Positions 38,619 through 46,799 of a stretch of 64,000 nt of DNA are shown here, piece by piece. The first letter of the stretch is position 1. Every line of letters begins with the position of its first letter. Below the pieces are notes generated by a model. That model saw only the letters and a list, made by a program, of their open reading frames with translations. It did not search any database and was not told the DNA's origin. Made by a program: the position numbers and the translations under genes. Source of the stretch: an uncultured Nitrospiraceae bacterium (lineage in GTDB: Bacteria > Nitrospirota > Nitrospiria > Nitrospirales > Nitrospiraceae); NCBI GenBank assembly GCA_963730935.1, contig CAVSTP010000003.1:480001-544000 (forward strand), read 5' to 3'.

Positions 38619-39884
38619 ATGGCGATCAAACGTCCCCCGTCGCTCGCGCAACTGGAACAGGCGCTGAAGGAAAAGACCCGTGAAGTCGATGTGCTGCATC
38701 GAATCACGGATTCGATCAGCAATACCCTTGATCTGGAAGCCGTTCTCAAGCACATCGTGGAGATCGTCGTTGAAGTGACGAAAGCCGACGCCTGTCTGCT
38801 GTACTTGTTGTCCGACGGCCAAGACGAACTGATCCTCCGCGCCTCCAAAAACCCGCACCCCAAGCTGATCGGACGGATTACGATCGGCATGGGCGAGGGC
38901 ATCACCGGGTGGGTGGCCCAAGAGCGCACGCGCGTCGTCATCCCCAGCAATGCCAGCGACGACCCCAGGTTCAAATTCTTCCACAATCTCCCAGAGGACC
39001 GGCATCAGGCCTTCGTGTCGGTCCCGATCATGGCCAAGAAGGAAGTGGTCGGCGTGATCAATGTGCAGCACAAACGTCCCAAGCGATACCGGCCGGATGA
39101 GCTGGCGTTGCTCTCGACCATCGCCAATCAAGTGGGAGGGGCGATCGAAAACGCGCGGCTGTATGAGCAGATGCGGCGCAAGGCCTTGCAGGTCGAGACC
39201 CTGTCACAGGTATCGGAAACGGTTGCCTCCAGCCGCTTGATCGAAGACGTGCTGCAGCTTCTGGTTACGATGACGGCTCAAGTGATGAATTCAAAGATCT
39301 GCTCGATCATGCTGCTGGACGAGACGACCGGAGATCTCCACATCGAGGCCACCCAGAGCCTGAGCGAACACTACCGGCGAAAGCCGAACCTGAAAATTGG
39401 TCAGAGCGTGAGCGGACGCGCGGTGCAGGAGCGCCGGCCGATCATCGTCGGTGATGTGACGAAGGAGCAGGACTACATGTATCCGGACATGGCGAAGAAA
39501 GAAGGCCTCTGTTCGCTCCTGTCCGTGCCCATGATGGTCCGTGAAAAGGCGGTGGGCGTCATCAACAGCTACACATCGGTGCCTCACGCCTTTACAAGTG
39601 AGGAGGTCAAGCTCCTGCAGGCAATCGCCAATCAAGCCGCGATCGCGATCGAGCACACGAATCTCCTGGAAAAGTCATTCGAAATGCAGGAGGCCTTGGC
39701 GGTTCGCAAATTACTCGAGCGGGCGAAGGGGTATCTGATGCGGGCCAAGAAGCTGACCGAAGAAGAGGCCTTCAAGCTGATTCAACGGCAAAGCATGGAT
39801 CTTCGAAAATCGATGCGGGAGATCGCGGAGGCCGTGCTGCTCGCGGGCGAACTGGAAGAACGGGCGGAAAAGCAACGAGGATAG
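38619..39884 (+). CDS. GAF-GAF-ANTAR RNA-binding antiterminator
   Basis: Two GAF repeats (GEGITGWV...VPIM...GVINVQ and GQSVSGRAV...SVPMMV...GVINSY, each ending IANQ), then a C-terminal ANTAR domain RKLLERAKGYLM...EEEAFKLIQRQSMDLRKSMREIAEAVL. Confidence 0.92.
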   Translation: MAIKRPPSLAQLEQALKEKTREVDVLHRITDSISNTLDLEAVLKHIVEIVVEVTKADACLLYLLSDGQDELILRASKNPHPKLIGRITIGMGEGITGWVAQERTRVVIPSNASDDPRFKFFHNLPEDRHQAFVSVPIMAKKEVVGVINVQHKRPKRYRPDELALLSTIANQVGGAIENARLYEQMRRKALQVETLSQVSETVASSRLIEDVLQLLVTMTAQVMNSKICSIMLLDETTGDLHIEATQSLSEHYRRKPNLKIGQSVSGRAVQERRPIIVGDVTKEQDYMYPDMAKKEGLCSLLSVPMMVREKAVGVINSYTSVPHAFTSEEVKLLQAIANQAAIAIEHTNLLEKSFEMQEALAVRKLLERAKGYLMRAKKLTEEEAFKLIQRQSMDLRKSMREIAEAVLLAGELEERAEKQRG

Positions 39885-39885
39885 G

Positions 39886-40779
39886 CTACCGTTGAGGGAC
39901 GGTGTGTTGGGGCTGTGAGCGGGCGCGTTCGGCTTGTTGCTCTGCGAGCTGCTTTTTGATCTCCTGTAATTCCTTCCGCAGTGCTTCGATCTCAGCATCC
40001 TTTCGAACCGGTTCAGCGGTCCCTCCATTCGTTGCTTGAGGTGGAGCCGGCGCGGGGGACGACTTCGTCGAGGCAGGGACGCTGGAGGCCTCCGGCAACA
40101 TCGCCAGCAATTCCCAGTCAATCACCAGCGTGTGGCCGGTCGAGCGGGCACCCAGGTAGCTCTCGGGCCGTTTTGCGGCTTCGGGCAGAAACGACACTGT
40201 GCGGTTCGCTAATCCCGTCGCATCCGAGATCTTGCGGTTGGCCATGTTGATGGTTGTTGTTGGTTCCTCTCTCGAGCGATATCGGGTCAATGTGATATAG
40301 AGGGAACGACCATAGGCATACAGGGCGCCGTTCGTGGATTCACGCGGGTGAAAACTCATGAGCGGCTCGGAGCCGACGTCCGCACCGGTGTGTTCCGAGA
40401 GCCCGGGTTGCCCCACCTGCCTTACCGCAAATTCAACCTGTTGATCCGATGCCGCGCGCCTGAGACTTTCGGTGATGAGCGGCGCAAGGTAGCCGACTTC
40501 ACTCCCTGAAAACGCTCGACGGGCGTCCGCGGTTCCGACGCGATTCTGCACCGCCCCCTGATTGTCGTGAATCACGATGCCGCTCAAGGCGAGCGCGATC
40601 GTGCTCGGATCGATTTTGATCGGATGTGCGGCTTGAAATGAGCGTTCCGAGATCCGTTTCAGATAGACCGCCCCTTGAGGGGAATCGTCGATCTTGATAT
40701 CGAGCTCAGGTCCGGTAGAGCAGGCAGGAAATAGGAGTGCGACGAAGAGCGCGCTGGTTATATGACGTCGGGCCGGCAT
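39886..40779 (-). CDS. hypothetical lipoprotein, paralogue A
   Basis: Lipobox LFPA-C after a hydrophobic stretch; C-terminal coiled coil; clear similarity to the adjacent ORF. Confidence 0.8.
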   Translation of the reverse strand: MPARRHITSALFVALLFPACSTGPELDIKIDDSPQGAVYLKRISERSFQAAHPIKIDPSTIALALSGIVIHDNQGAVQNRVGTADARRAFSGSEVGYLAPLITESLRRAASDQQVEFAVRQVGQPGLSEHTGADVGSEPLMSFHPRESTNGALYAYGRSLYITLTRYRSREEPTTTINMANRKISDATGLANRTVSFLPEAAKRPESYLGARSTGHTLVIDWELLAMLPEASSVPASTKSSPAPAPPQATNGGTAEPVRKDAEIEALRKELQEIKKQLAEQQAERARSQPQHTVPQR

Positions 40780-40812
40780 GGCATCACTCGAGAGAGATAC
40801 TCTCCGCACGCA

Positions 40813-41754
40813 TCAGGGTGCTTTGCCGGACGGTTTTCCCATGTCCCGCCGGATATCTTCCATTTCCTTCTTCAGATTCTCGATTTCGACATCTTTCTTT
40901 TTCATCTCTTCCCGAATCTGCTTGAAGTCCTGGTCCTTGGCGTCCGGAGGGACGTTCGAGTCTGACGGGCGTTTCCCGGTGGCAGCAGCCGGCGGTTCTC
41001 CAATGGCCGGAAGTTGAGCCAACTGTCGATAGTCGATGACGAAGACGGTGTCCGGAGTGCTGCTGAACAGTCCGGCCTTCCCGTTGGACTTCAACGCTTC
41101 TTTCGGCTCAAACACCAATTCTTTGTCCGCTTGACCGGTTGAATCGGGCAACCGCCGGTTGGCCATGTTGATGGTGTCCGGTTGTTCAGCCCGTTTCCCG
41201 AACTCGCTCACGGTCAGATAGAGCCACTGGTCTTGGGCCAACAGATGTCCCGAGGTCGTTTCGAGCAGCGTCGCATTGGTGAGGAGAGGATCGGACGATC
41301 CCACGCCTGCCCCGCTCTTGCTCGCGTAGGAAAGCTCTGGCGGATACTTGTGCACTTGAAACCCGACCTGCTGATCCGGGGCTGCCTGACGGAGCGCCGC
41401 GGCCAGGAAGGGAGCCAGAAAGCGGATATCGTCCTCGGAGAATGCCCGGGTCATGGACGACGGCTTTGAAAACGCCGTTTGAAGGGCAGTTTTCCGCTCC
41501 GTGACCCTGACGCCGCTCAGTGCGCGAGCGATGACCCCTTCCTCGATCGCAATCGGGTGGGCCGCCTTGAACCCGCGGTCCGGAATACGCTCGAGATACA
41601 CCGATCCCCTGGGCGCTTCGTGCACCGACGGTATCCACTTCAGGCGCATGGGCACATCCGTTGATCAGCGCGAGACTCGGCGGCGATCAGTCGAAAGACA
41701 TCGCCGCAGACGTATTGTGGTCCTGTGCGTAGCTCGGTAGACGATGGGAGGCAT
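40813..41754 (-). pseudogene. hypothetical lipoprotein, paralogue B, with three apparent +1 frameshifts in the signal-peptide region (pseudogene or sequencing artefact)
   Basis: Body 40813-41625 is paralogous to A; the lipobox segment LINGC-AHAPEVDTV lies in another frame; ATG at 41754. Confidence 0.7.
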
Positions 41755-41765
41755 AGTTCGCCGCG

Positions 41766-41774
41766 AGTGTAGCA
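41766..41774 (-). promoter_or_regulatory. putative extended -10 promoter for the lipoprotein pair
   Basis: Minus-strand TG-C-TACACT ending 11 nt before ATG 41754, implying a near-leaderless mRNA. Confidence 0.45.
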
Positions 41775-41800
41775 TAGGGTCTGGTGTCCAGGAAAATGCC

Positions 41801-41829
41801 TTGACAATCTCCAAGCAGGGTCTTATAAG
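41801..41829 (+). promoter_or_regulatory. sigma70 promoter of the porin-urtABCDE operon
   Basis: TTGACA(41801-41806)-17 bp-TATAAG(41824-41829). Confidence 0.8.
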
Positions 41830-41854
41830 CGTGCCTCACGTACCGACAGAGAGA

Positions 41855-41908
41855 AGGACAATGGGGTCCTGATCGACGGTACGGTCATCATGAGGACAAC
41901 GGCGTCCT
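41855..41908 (+). promoter_or_regulatory. ANTAR-target twin-hairpin RNA element, site 1
   Basis: AGGAC-AATGGG-GTCCT (41855-41870) and AGGAC-AACGGC-GTCCT (41893-41908); hexaloops with A1/G4; the second hairpin overlaps the terminator. Confidence 0.88.
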
Positions 41909-41946
41909 TTTGGTCCAAGGTCTGGACCGGAAGGGCGTTTTTTTTT
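41903..41946 (+). terminator. intrinsic terminator (attenuator) in the urt leader
   Basis: CGTCCTTTTGGTCCA-AGGTC-TGGACCGGAAGGGCG (15 pairs including 3 G-U) followed by 9 T (41938-41946). Confidence 0.9.
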
Positions 41947-42005
41947 GTGTGAGGCCCTCCGGTGTCACAAGGTAATGGGATAGCCGAACAGGAGGGAGGT
42001 TTCTC

Positions 42006-43421
42006 ATGACGAGACAGTTCGTGCGAAGCGCCGGGCACGTGGTGTTCGGTGCGATTCTCATGTGCAGCGCCGTGCCTGTATTCGCGCAGGTCAGCGCCGA
42101 AGAAGCCGCTGGGGGCGGACAAATCATCCGCAAGGAAAAGGAAGAACCGTCTGTGGCTCACCTTTGTGCAGGATGCGTTGCCCCCATGTTTACCCAGGGA
42201 AGCAAGGGCACCCTCACTCCGTACGGACGAATCGAACTGGATGGCATCTATAGTACGAGAAATACGAACCCTCTAGATCCTCAGCAGTTCAATGGGTACG
42301 GAACGGCGGCTGGCCGCCAAGACAACAGCAGCTCCACCCTCAATCCCCGCTATAGCGTGTTCGGACTTCGCGCCGACAGAACGGACGGTCAGCACAGCCT
42401 GGCAGGCGTCGTCGAAGTGGACTTCTACGGCCAATCGGACAGCGGCAACAACCTCTTGCCCCGTCTACGTCTGGCCTATGCGAAGTATTCTCCGAACAAC
42501 AGTAAGACGACGTTCATAATCGGGCAGGATTGGAATCCCATCATGGGATTGCTGACTGACAACATCGACTTTTCGATCATGGGCTATACCGGTAACCTCT
42601 GGCAACGTATTCCGCAGATCACGGTGAGGCAGAAGTTTTCAGAAAATTTCGAAGGGCTACTTACAGTGATGCGCTTCGAGCGTGGGTTGTCGAACTGTTG
42701 CGGCAATACCCAAGCCCGACCGACTACCGGCACGGGTGGCAATGGAGGCGGACCTGGAAGTACAAACGCCTTCAGCGATCCGGTGCAAATGCCCTATTTC
42801 GGAACTCGGTTCGCCTACAGCGGGACCGGGAACATGGCGGGGACGATGATTGCCGCGAATGCCGCCTACCGGTACTACCGGTCTGCGCCATTGGTTGGTG
42901 GAGGGGCCAATCCTGCGACCTTCACGTCGGGAAAGGATATTAATTCCTACCTCCTGGGTCTGGAAGTCGTGCATCAACTGACCAAGCAGCTGAGGTTCAT
43001 GGGCGAGCTGGCGTACGGACAGGCGCTCGGGAACGAATGGTTCCGGTGGAATCAAGATCTGAACTTCATCACAGGAGCCCCGGTACGCACGATGACCTCC
43101 TGGTTCCAGCTGAGCTACGCCCATTCGAGGGACTACACGTTCCTGTTTGGGTACGGCCTCGACAATCCCAACGACAAAGATTTGAAAGGTAGCATCAACG
43201 CCTACGGCACCGCACCGGGGTCGGCCGGCTACAACTCCAGCATCCAGTACCTCTCCAACCAGCGTACCTATCTGACGGCGATTCATCCCATTTGGGCGGA
43301 TCTGATGATGGGGTTGGAGTGGCAGCATTTCTGGACCAACTGGGCCCAGCCGACCACCTACTTTTCCAAGGCGTCGAATCAGGCCGATATGTTCACACTG
43401 TCCGCCTGGTACAACTTCTAA
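42006..43421 (+). CDS. outer-membrane porin, DcaP-like; probable urea/small-amide channel
   Basis: Signal peptide; PYGRIELD, VEVDFYG, PRLRLAYA, IGQDW, LWQRIPQ motifs; C-terminal Phe (WYNF); first gene of the urt operon. Confidence 0.75.
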   Translation: MTRQFVRSAGHVVFGAILMCSAVPVFAQVSAEEAAGGGQIIRKEKEEPSVAHLCAGCVAPMFTQGSKGTLTPYGRIELDGIYSTRNTNPLDPQQFNGYGTAAGRQDNSSSTLNPRYSVFGLRADRTDGQHSLAGVVEVDFYGQSDSGNNLLPRLRLAYAKYSPNNSKTTFIIGQDWNPIMGLLTDNIDFSIMGYTGNLWQRIPQITVRQKFSENFEGLLTVMRFERGLSNCCGNTQARPTTGTGGNGGGPGSTNAFSDPVQMPYFGTRFAYSGTGNMAGTMIAANAAYRYYRSAPLVGGGANPATFTSGKDINSYLLGLEVVHQLTKQLRFMGELAYGQALGNEWFRWNQDLNFITGAPVRTMTSWFQLSYAHSRDYTFLFGYGLDNPNDKDLKGSINAYGTAPGSAGYNSSIQYLSNQRTYLTAIHPIWADLMMGLEWQHFWTNWAQPTTYFSKASNQADMFTLSAWYNF

Positions 43422-43463
43422 CGATGGTCTGGACGAAAGACTGCCGACCAAAGGAGATTGAGC

Positions 43464-44822
43464 ATGAGTGAGACCAAAAAAAATGATATGACGACCGCAC
43501 CGCCGCCGGCGGAGCCGGGATCTTCACGCCGGGAATTCCTCGTGCAGGGTTCAAAAACCGCAGCCAGCGTGGGCATCGCCGCGCTGCTCGGCAATCTGGG
43601 TCATTGGGCGCTGTCCTATGCCGCCGACAAGGAGCCGATCAAGGTCGGCGTCCTGCATTCGTTGAGCGGCACGATGGCGATCAGCGAAGTGTCGCTGCGC
43701 GACGTCGTCTTGATGGCCATCGATGAGATCAATGCGAAGGGCGGCATCCTGGGGCGTCAGGTCAAACCAGTCGTGGTCGATCCGGCTTCAAACTGGGATC
43801 TGTTCGCCGAAAAAGCCAAGCAACTCTTGTTGCAGGACAAGGTCGCCGTGGTCTTCGGCTGCTGGACCTCGGTGAGCCGGAAGTCGGTGCTGCCGGTCTT
43901 CGAGAAGAACAACGGTCTGTTGTTCTATCCCGTCCAGTACGAAGGGGAAGAATGTTCGCACAACGTGTTTTACACCGGCGCGGCCGTGAACCAGCAGGCG
44001 GTGCCGGCGGTTGATTACCTGATGAGTAAAGAAGGCGGAGGGTACAAGAAGTTCTATCTGCTGGGCACCGATTACGTCTATCCACGGACCACGAACAAGA
44101 TTCTCCGTGCCATGTTGCTGGCCAAAAAGGTGCCGGAGGCCAACATCATGGAAGAGTACACGCCGTTCCACCACCAGGACTATCAGACCATCGTCGGCAA
44201 GATTAAGAAGTTCTCGGCAGGCGGAGGAGCGGCCGTCATCAGTACGATTAACGGCGACAGTAACGTCCCCTTCTACAAGGAATTTGCCAACCAGGGCCTG
44301 CGCGCCGAAGATGCGCCCATTATGGCCTTTAGCGTGGCCGAAGACGAGTTGCGCGGGATGGATACGACCGCGCTGGTCGGCCATCTGGCGGCCTGGAATT
44401 ACTACCAGAGTGTCGATACGCCGCAGAACAAGAAGTTCGTGGCCGATTTCAAAGCCTATTGCAAGAAGAACAACTTGCCGGACGGCGAGAAGCGGGTCAC
44501 GGACGATCCGATCGAAGCAGCCTATTTTGGCGTCCATGTCTGGAAGCAGGCGGTGGAAAAGGCCGGGAAGACCGATGTTGATGCCGTCCGCAAGGCTGTG
44601 TATGGTCAAAAGTTCCTGGCGCCGGGCGGAGAAATCATGATGGACACCGGCAACCATCATACGCACAAGCCGGTGTTGATCGGAGAAATTCTCAAGGACG
44701 GGCAGTTCAAGACCGTCTCGCGCTCGAAAGGATTGGTCAAGCCGGAGCCCTGGAGCGAGTACACCAATCCTGACAAGGGATGTGACTGGATCAGTCATCA
44801 AGGCACGTATCAGAAAAAGTAA
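43464..44822 (+). CDS. urtA: urea ABC transporter substrate-binding protein (Tat signal)
   Basis: SRREFL twin-Arg; [50 protein letters not shown]. Confidence 0.96.
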   Translation: MSETKKNDMTTAPPPAEPGSSRREFLVQGSKTAASVGIAALLGNLGHWALSYAADKEPIKVGVLHSLSGTMAISEVSLRDVVLMAIDEINAKGGILGRQVKPVVVDPASNWDLFAEKAKQLLLQDKVAVVFGCWTSVSRKSVLPVFEKNNGLLFYPVQYEGEECSHNVFYTGAAVNQQAVPAVDYLMSKEGGGYKKFYLLGTDYVYPRTTNKILRAMLLAKKVPEANIMEEYTPFHHQDYQTIVGKIKKFSAGGGAAVISTINGDSNVPFYKEFANQGLRAEDAPIMAFSVAEDELRGMDTTALVGHLAAWNYYQSVDTPQNKKFVADFKAYCKKNNLPDGEKRVTDDPIEAAYFGVHVWKQAVEKAGKTDVDAVRKAVYGQKFLAPGGEIMMDTGNHHTHKPVLIGEILKDGQFKTVSRSKGLVKPEPWSEYTNPDKGCDWISHQGTYQKK

Positions 44823-44833
44823 GGGAAGGGGTT

Positions 44834-44987
44834 GAGAGAAGCGGGTCCTGTCATTGACCAGCCCAGCCATCCTCGCACCCCGCCCGGTGTGGGGCCCCGC
44901 TGCGGGTGCTTGGTGAAAGCCGCGTCTCGGCGCGGCAAGGGTGGGGGGGTGAGAAGGCTCCCAGGTCAATGCCACCCGCTTTCTCTC
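44834..44987. repeat. ~155-bp imperfect palindrome, family P copy 1 (urtA-urtB spacer)
   Basis: GAGAGAAGCGGGT...CATTGACC pairs with GGTCAATG...ACCCGCTTTCTCTC; contains the 19-nt core CTCGCACCCCGCCCGGTGT. Confidence 0.8.
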
Positions 44988-45061
44988 TTTGCAAGGGACA
45001 AGGGAGGCGGGACGAACCGATCCCTTCCCCTGTCCAAAAGTGCTTGAATTAAGCGGGTGAC

Positions 45062-46654
45062 GTGAAGAATATCCACGTCACCCGTTTGTCGTATTCAGGA
45101 GCTGCTGCGATTGTGACGCGATTGTCTCTAGGCGTGCTGTGGCTAGCCGGCGCCGTCTGGCTGGTTGCCGCTCACGGGCACGCGGCAAGCCCGCCGCCTC
45201 CTCCCTCCCTCTCGCCGCTTGAGCAGGCACTCTCACACATCACCAGCGAAGACGAAGCGGTTCGTGAGGCGGCACTGCGTGTCGTGATCGAACAAGGCGA
45301 CAGCTCGGCCATTCCGCGCCTCGAGGACATCCGCGCCACTGCCGACCGGCCCATCCGCCTGGCCATCAAACCGGTGATGGACCTGCTCAAGAACCGGGCG
45401 AAACTGGAGAGTCCTGAGGCGGATGTCCGGCGCTCGGCCGCAACGGATCTGGGAATGTTGGGAAGGCCTGTGGCCATTCCCTGGCTGGAACAGGCGGCGG
45501 GCAAAGAGACGAATAAATGGGTGCGCTATACCATGCAGGAGTCCGCGGCACTGCTGAAGCTCGCTGGTGATGATCAGGTTGCCAAGCTGGTCGCTGTGCA
45601 CACGCTGGGGGAACTGGCAAGCCAAAATGCCGTTCCGGCGTTGCAAGAAATTGTGAACGTAGGAACAGCGGAGGGCGCGAGCGAACCTCAACAATCCCTG
45701 GCCAAGGCCGCCCGTGCCTCAATTGAGCGCATCGAAACCTGGGCGGTGTGGTCGGCCGCGATCGAAACGCTGTTCCGAGGCGTCAGCCTCAGCTCGATTC
45801 TCTTGATCATGTCGGTGGGGCTCGCAATCATCTTCGGGCTCATGGGCGTGATCAATATGGCCCATGGTGAGCTGATGATGGTTGGCGCCTATGCGACCTT
45901 CATGACTCAGGAGGCCTTCAGGGCGTTTTTGCCTCCCACCATGTTCGATTATTATTTTGCCGTGGCGATGCCCATGGCCTTCCTTGTTGCAGCCGGCTGC
46001 GGCATGTTGCTCGAGGTGACCGTCATTCGCTTCCTCTATGGCAGGCCGCTGGAAACGATGCTGGCGACCTGGGGCATCAGTCTCGTGCTCATGCAGGCCG
46101 CCAGGGTGTACTTCGGCGATTTGACCGCCGTGACTGCGCCGGCTTGGCTCAGTGGCGGGCTTCAAGTAATGGTCGGGGTCTATCTGCCCAACAACCGGCT
46201 GTTCATCATTCTACTGTCCGTGATCTGCGTCCTGACGATCTATGCCATCTTGTTTCGCTCGGGTCTTGGTCTGCGCGTCCGCGCGGTCACCCAGAACCGG
46301 AACATGAGCGCCTGTCTCGGCATTCCTACGAGAAAAGTCGACGCGTACACGTTTGCATTCGGCTCCGGTCTGGCCGGCATCGCCGGATGGGCCCTGACGC
46401 TGATCGGCAACGTCGATCCGGGACTGGGCCAGAATTACATCGTTGATTCGTTCATGGTGGTGGTGACGGGCGGGGTGGGCAAACTGGCCGGGACGATTGT
46501 CGCCTCACTGGGCATCGGGGGCCTCAATAAGCTGCTCGAGCCGAGCCTCGGCGCCGTCTACGGCAAGGTCTGCATTCTCGTGCTGGTCATTCTCTTTCTT
46601 CAATGGCGCCCGTCCGGATTATTTGCGATCAAAGGACGCCATGCAGATTCGTGA
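45062..46654 (+). CDS. urtB: urea ABC transporter permease with N-terminal HEAT-like repeats
   Basis: GLMGVINMAHGE, LYGRPLETMLATWG, RAVTQNR, IVDSFMVVV. Confidence 0.95.
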   Translation: MKNIHVTRLSYSGAAAIVTRLSLGVLWLAGAVWLVAAHGHAASPPPPPSLSPLEQALSHITSEDEAVREAALRVVIEQGDSSAIPRLEDIRATADRPIRLAIKPVMDLLKNRAKLESPEADVRRSAATDLGMLGRPVAIPWLEQAAGKETNKWVRYTMQESAALLKLAGDDQVAKLVAVHTLGELASQNAVPALQEIVNVGTAEGASEPQQSLAKAARASIERIETWAVWSAAIETLFRGVSLSSILLIMSVGLAIIFGLMGVINMAHGELMMVGAYATFMTQEAFRAFLPPTMFDYYFAVAMPMAFLVAAGCGMLLEVTVIRFLYGRPLETMLATWGISLVLMQAARVYFGDLTAVTAPAWLSGGLQVMVGVYLPNNRLFIILLSVICVLTIYAILFRSGLGLRVRAVTQNRNMSACLGIPTRKVDAYTFAFGSGLAGIAGWALTLIGNVDPGLGQNYIVDSFMVVVTGGVGKLAGTIVASLGIGGLNKLLEPSLGAVYGKVCILVLVILFLQWRPSGLFAIKGRHADS

Positions 46655-46777
46655 GGGGCACTGAAAATGGTTTTACACGGCGTTCTCGGTCGCGCGCGCG
46701 CCTCGACATGCCAGGCACCGTATGCCTCGGCGCTCGAGTTCCCTGCGGCCTTGTGTAAAAACCATTTTGAGTGTCCC
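46655..46777. mobile_element. 123-bp MITE-like element between urtB and urtC
   Basis: Imperfect terminal IR: GGGGCACTGAAAATGGTTTTACAC versus GTGTAAAAACCATTTTGAGTGTCCC; no convincing coding capacity. Confidence 0.7.
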
Positions 46778-46799
46778 AGACTGTGTCAACGGGGTACGC

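Noticed and set aside
41760..42005. sigma54 (-24/-12) promoter or a known metabolite riboswitch (e.g. guanidine-II twin hairpins) in the urt leader
   Set aside because: No TGGCAC-N5-TTGC seen; the loops are A1/G4 hexaloops overlapping a terminator, not ACGR tetraloops, which fits ANTAR.
42150..42185. Heme-c attachment site in the porin (HLCAGC)
   Set aside because: The His precedes rather than follows CxxC, so it is not a CxxCH motif.
44860..44900. Resemblance of family P to HDV-like (CCCAGCC..CCTCGC) or twister (GGTCC...AAGCCC) ribozymes
   Set aside because: I could not build the required nested pseudoknots in all copies; a simple long hairpin explains the covariation better. A covariance-model search would be decisive.
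43788..44975. Long antisense ORFs (395 aa here; also 8673-9734, 47777-48757, 62985-63947 and others)
   Set aside because: They are shadows of well-supported genes on the opposite strand in GC-rich DNA and have no recognisable motifs.
46722..46799. Upstream extension of UrtC in the ORF track
   Set aside because: It starts inside the MITE-like element and shows no similarity to permeases.
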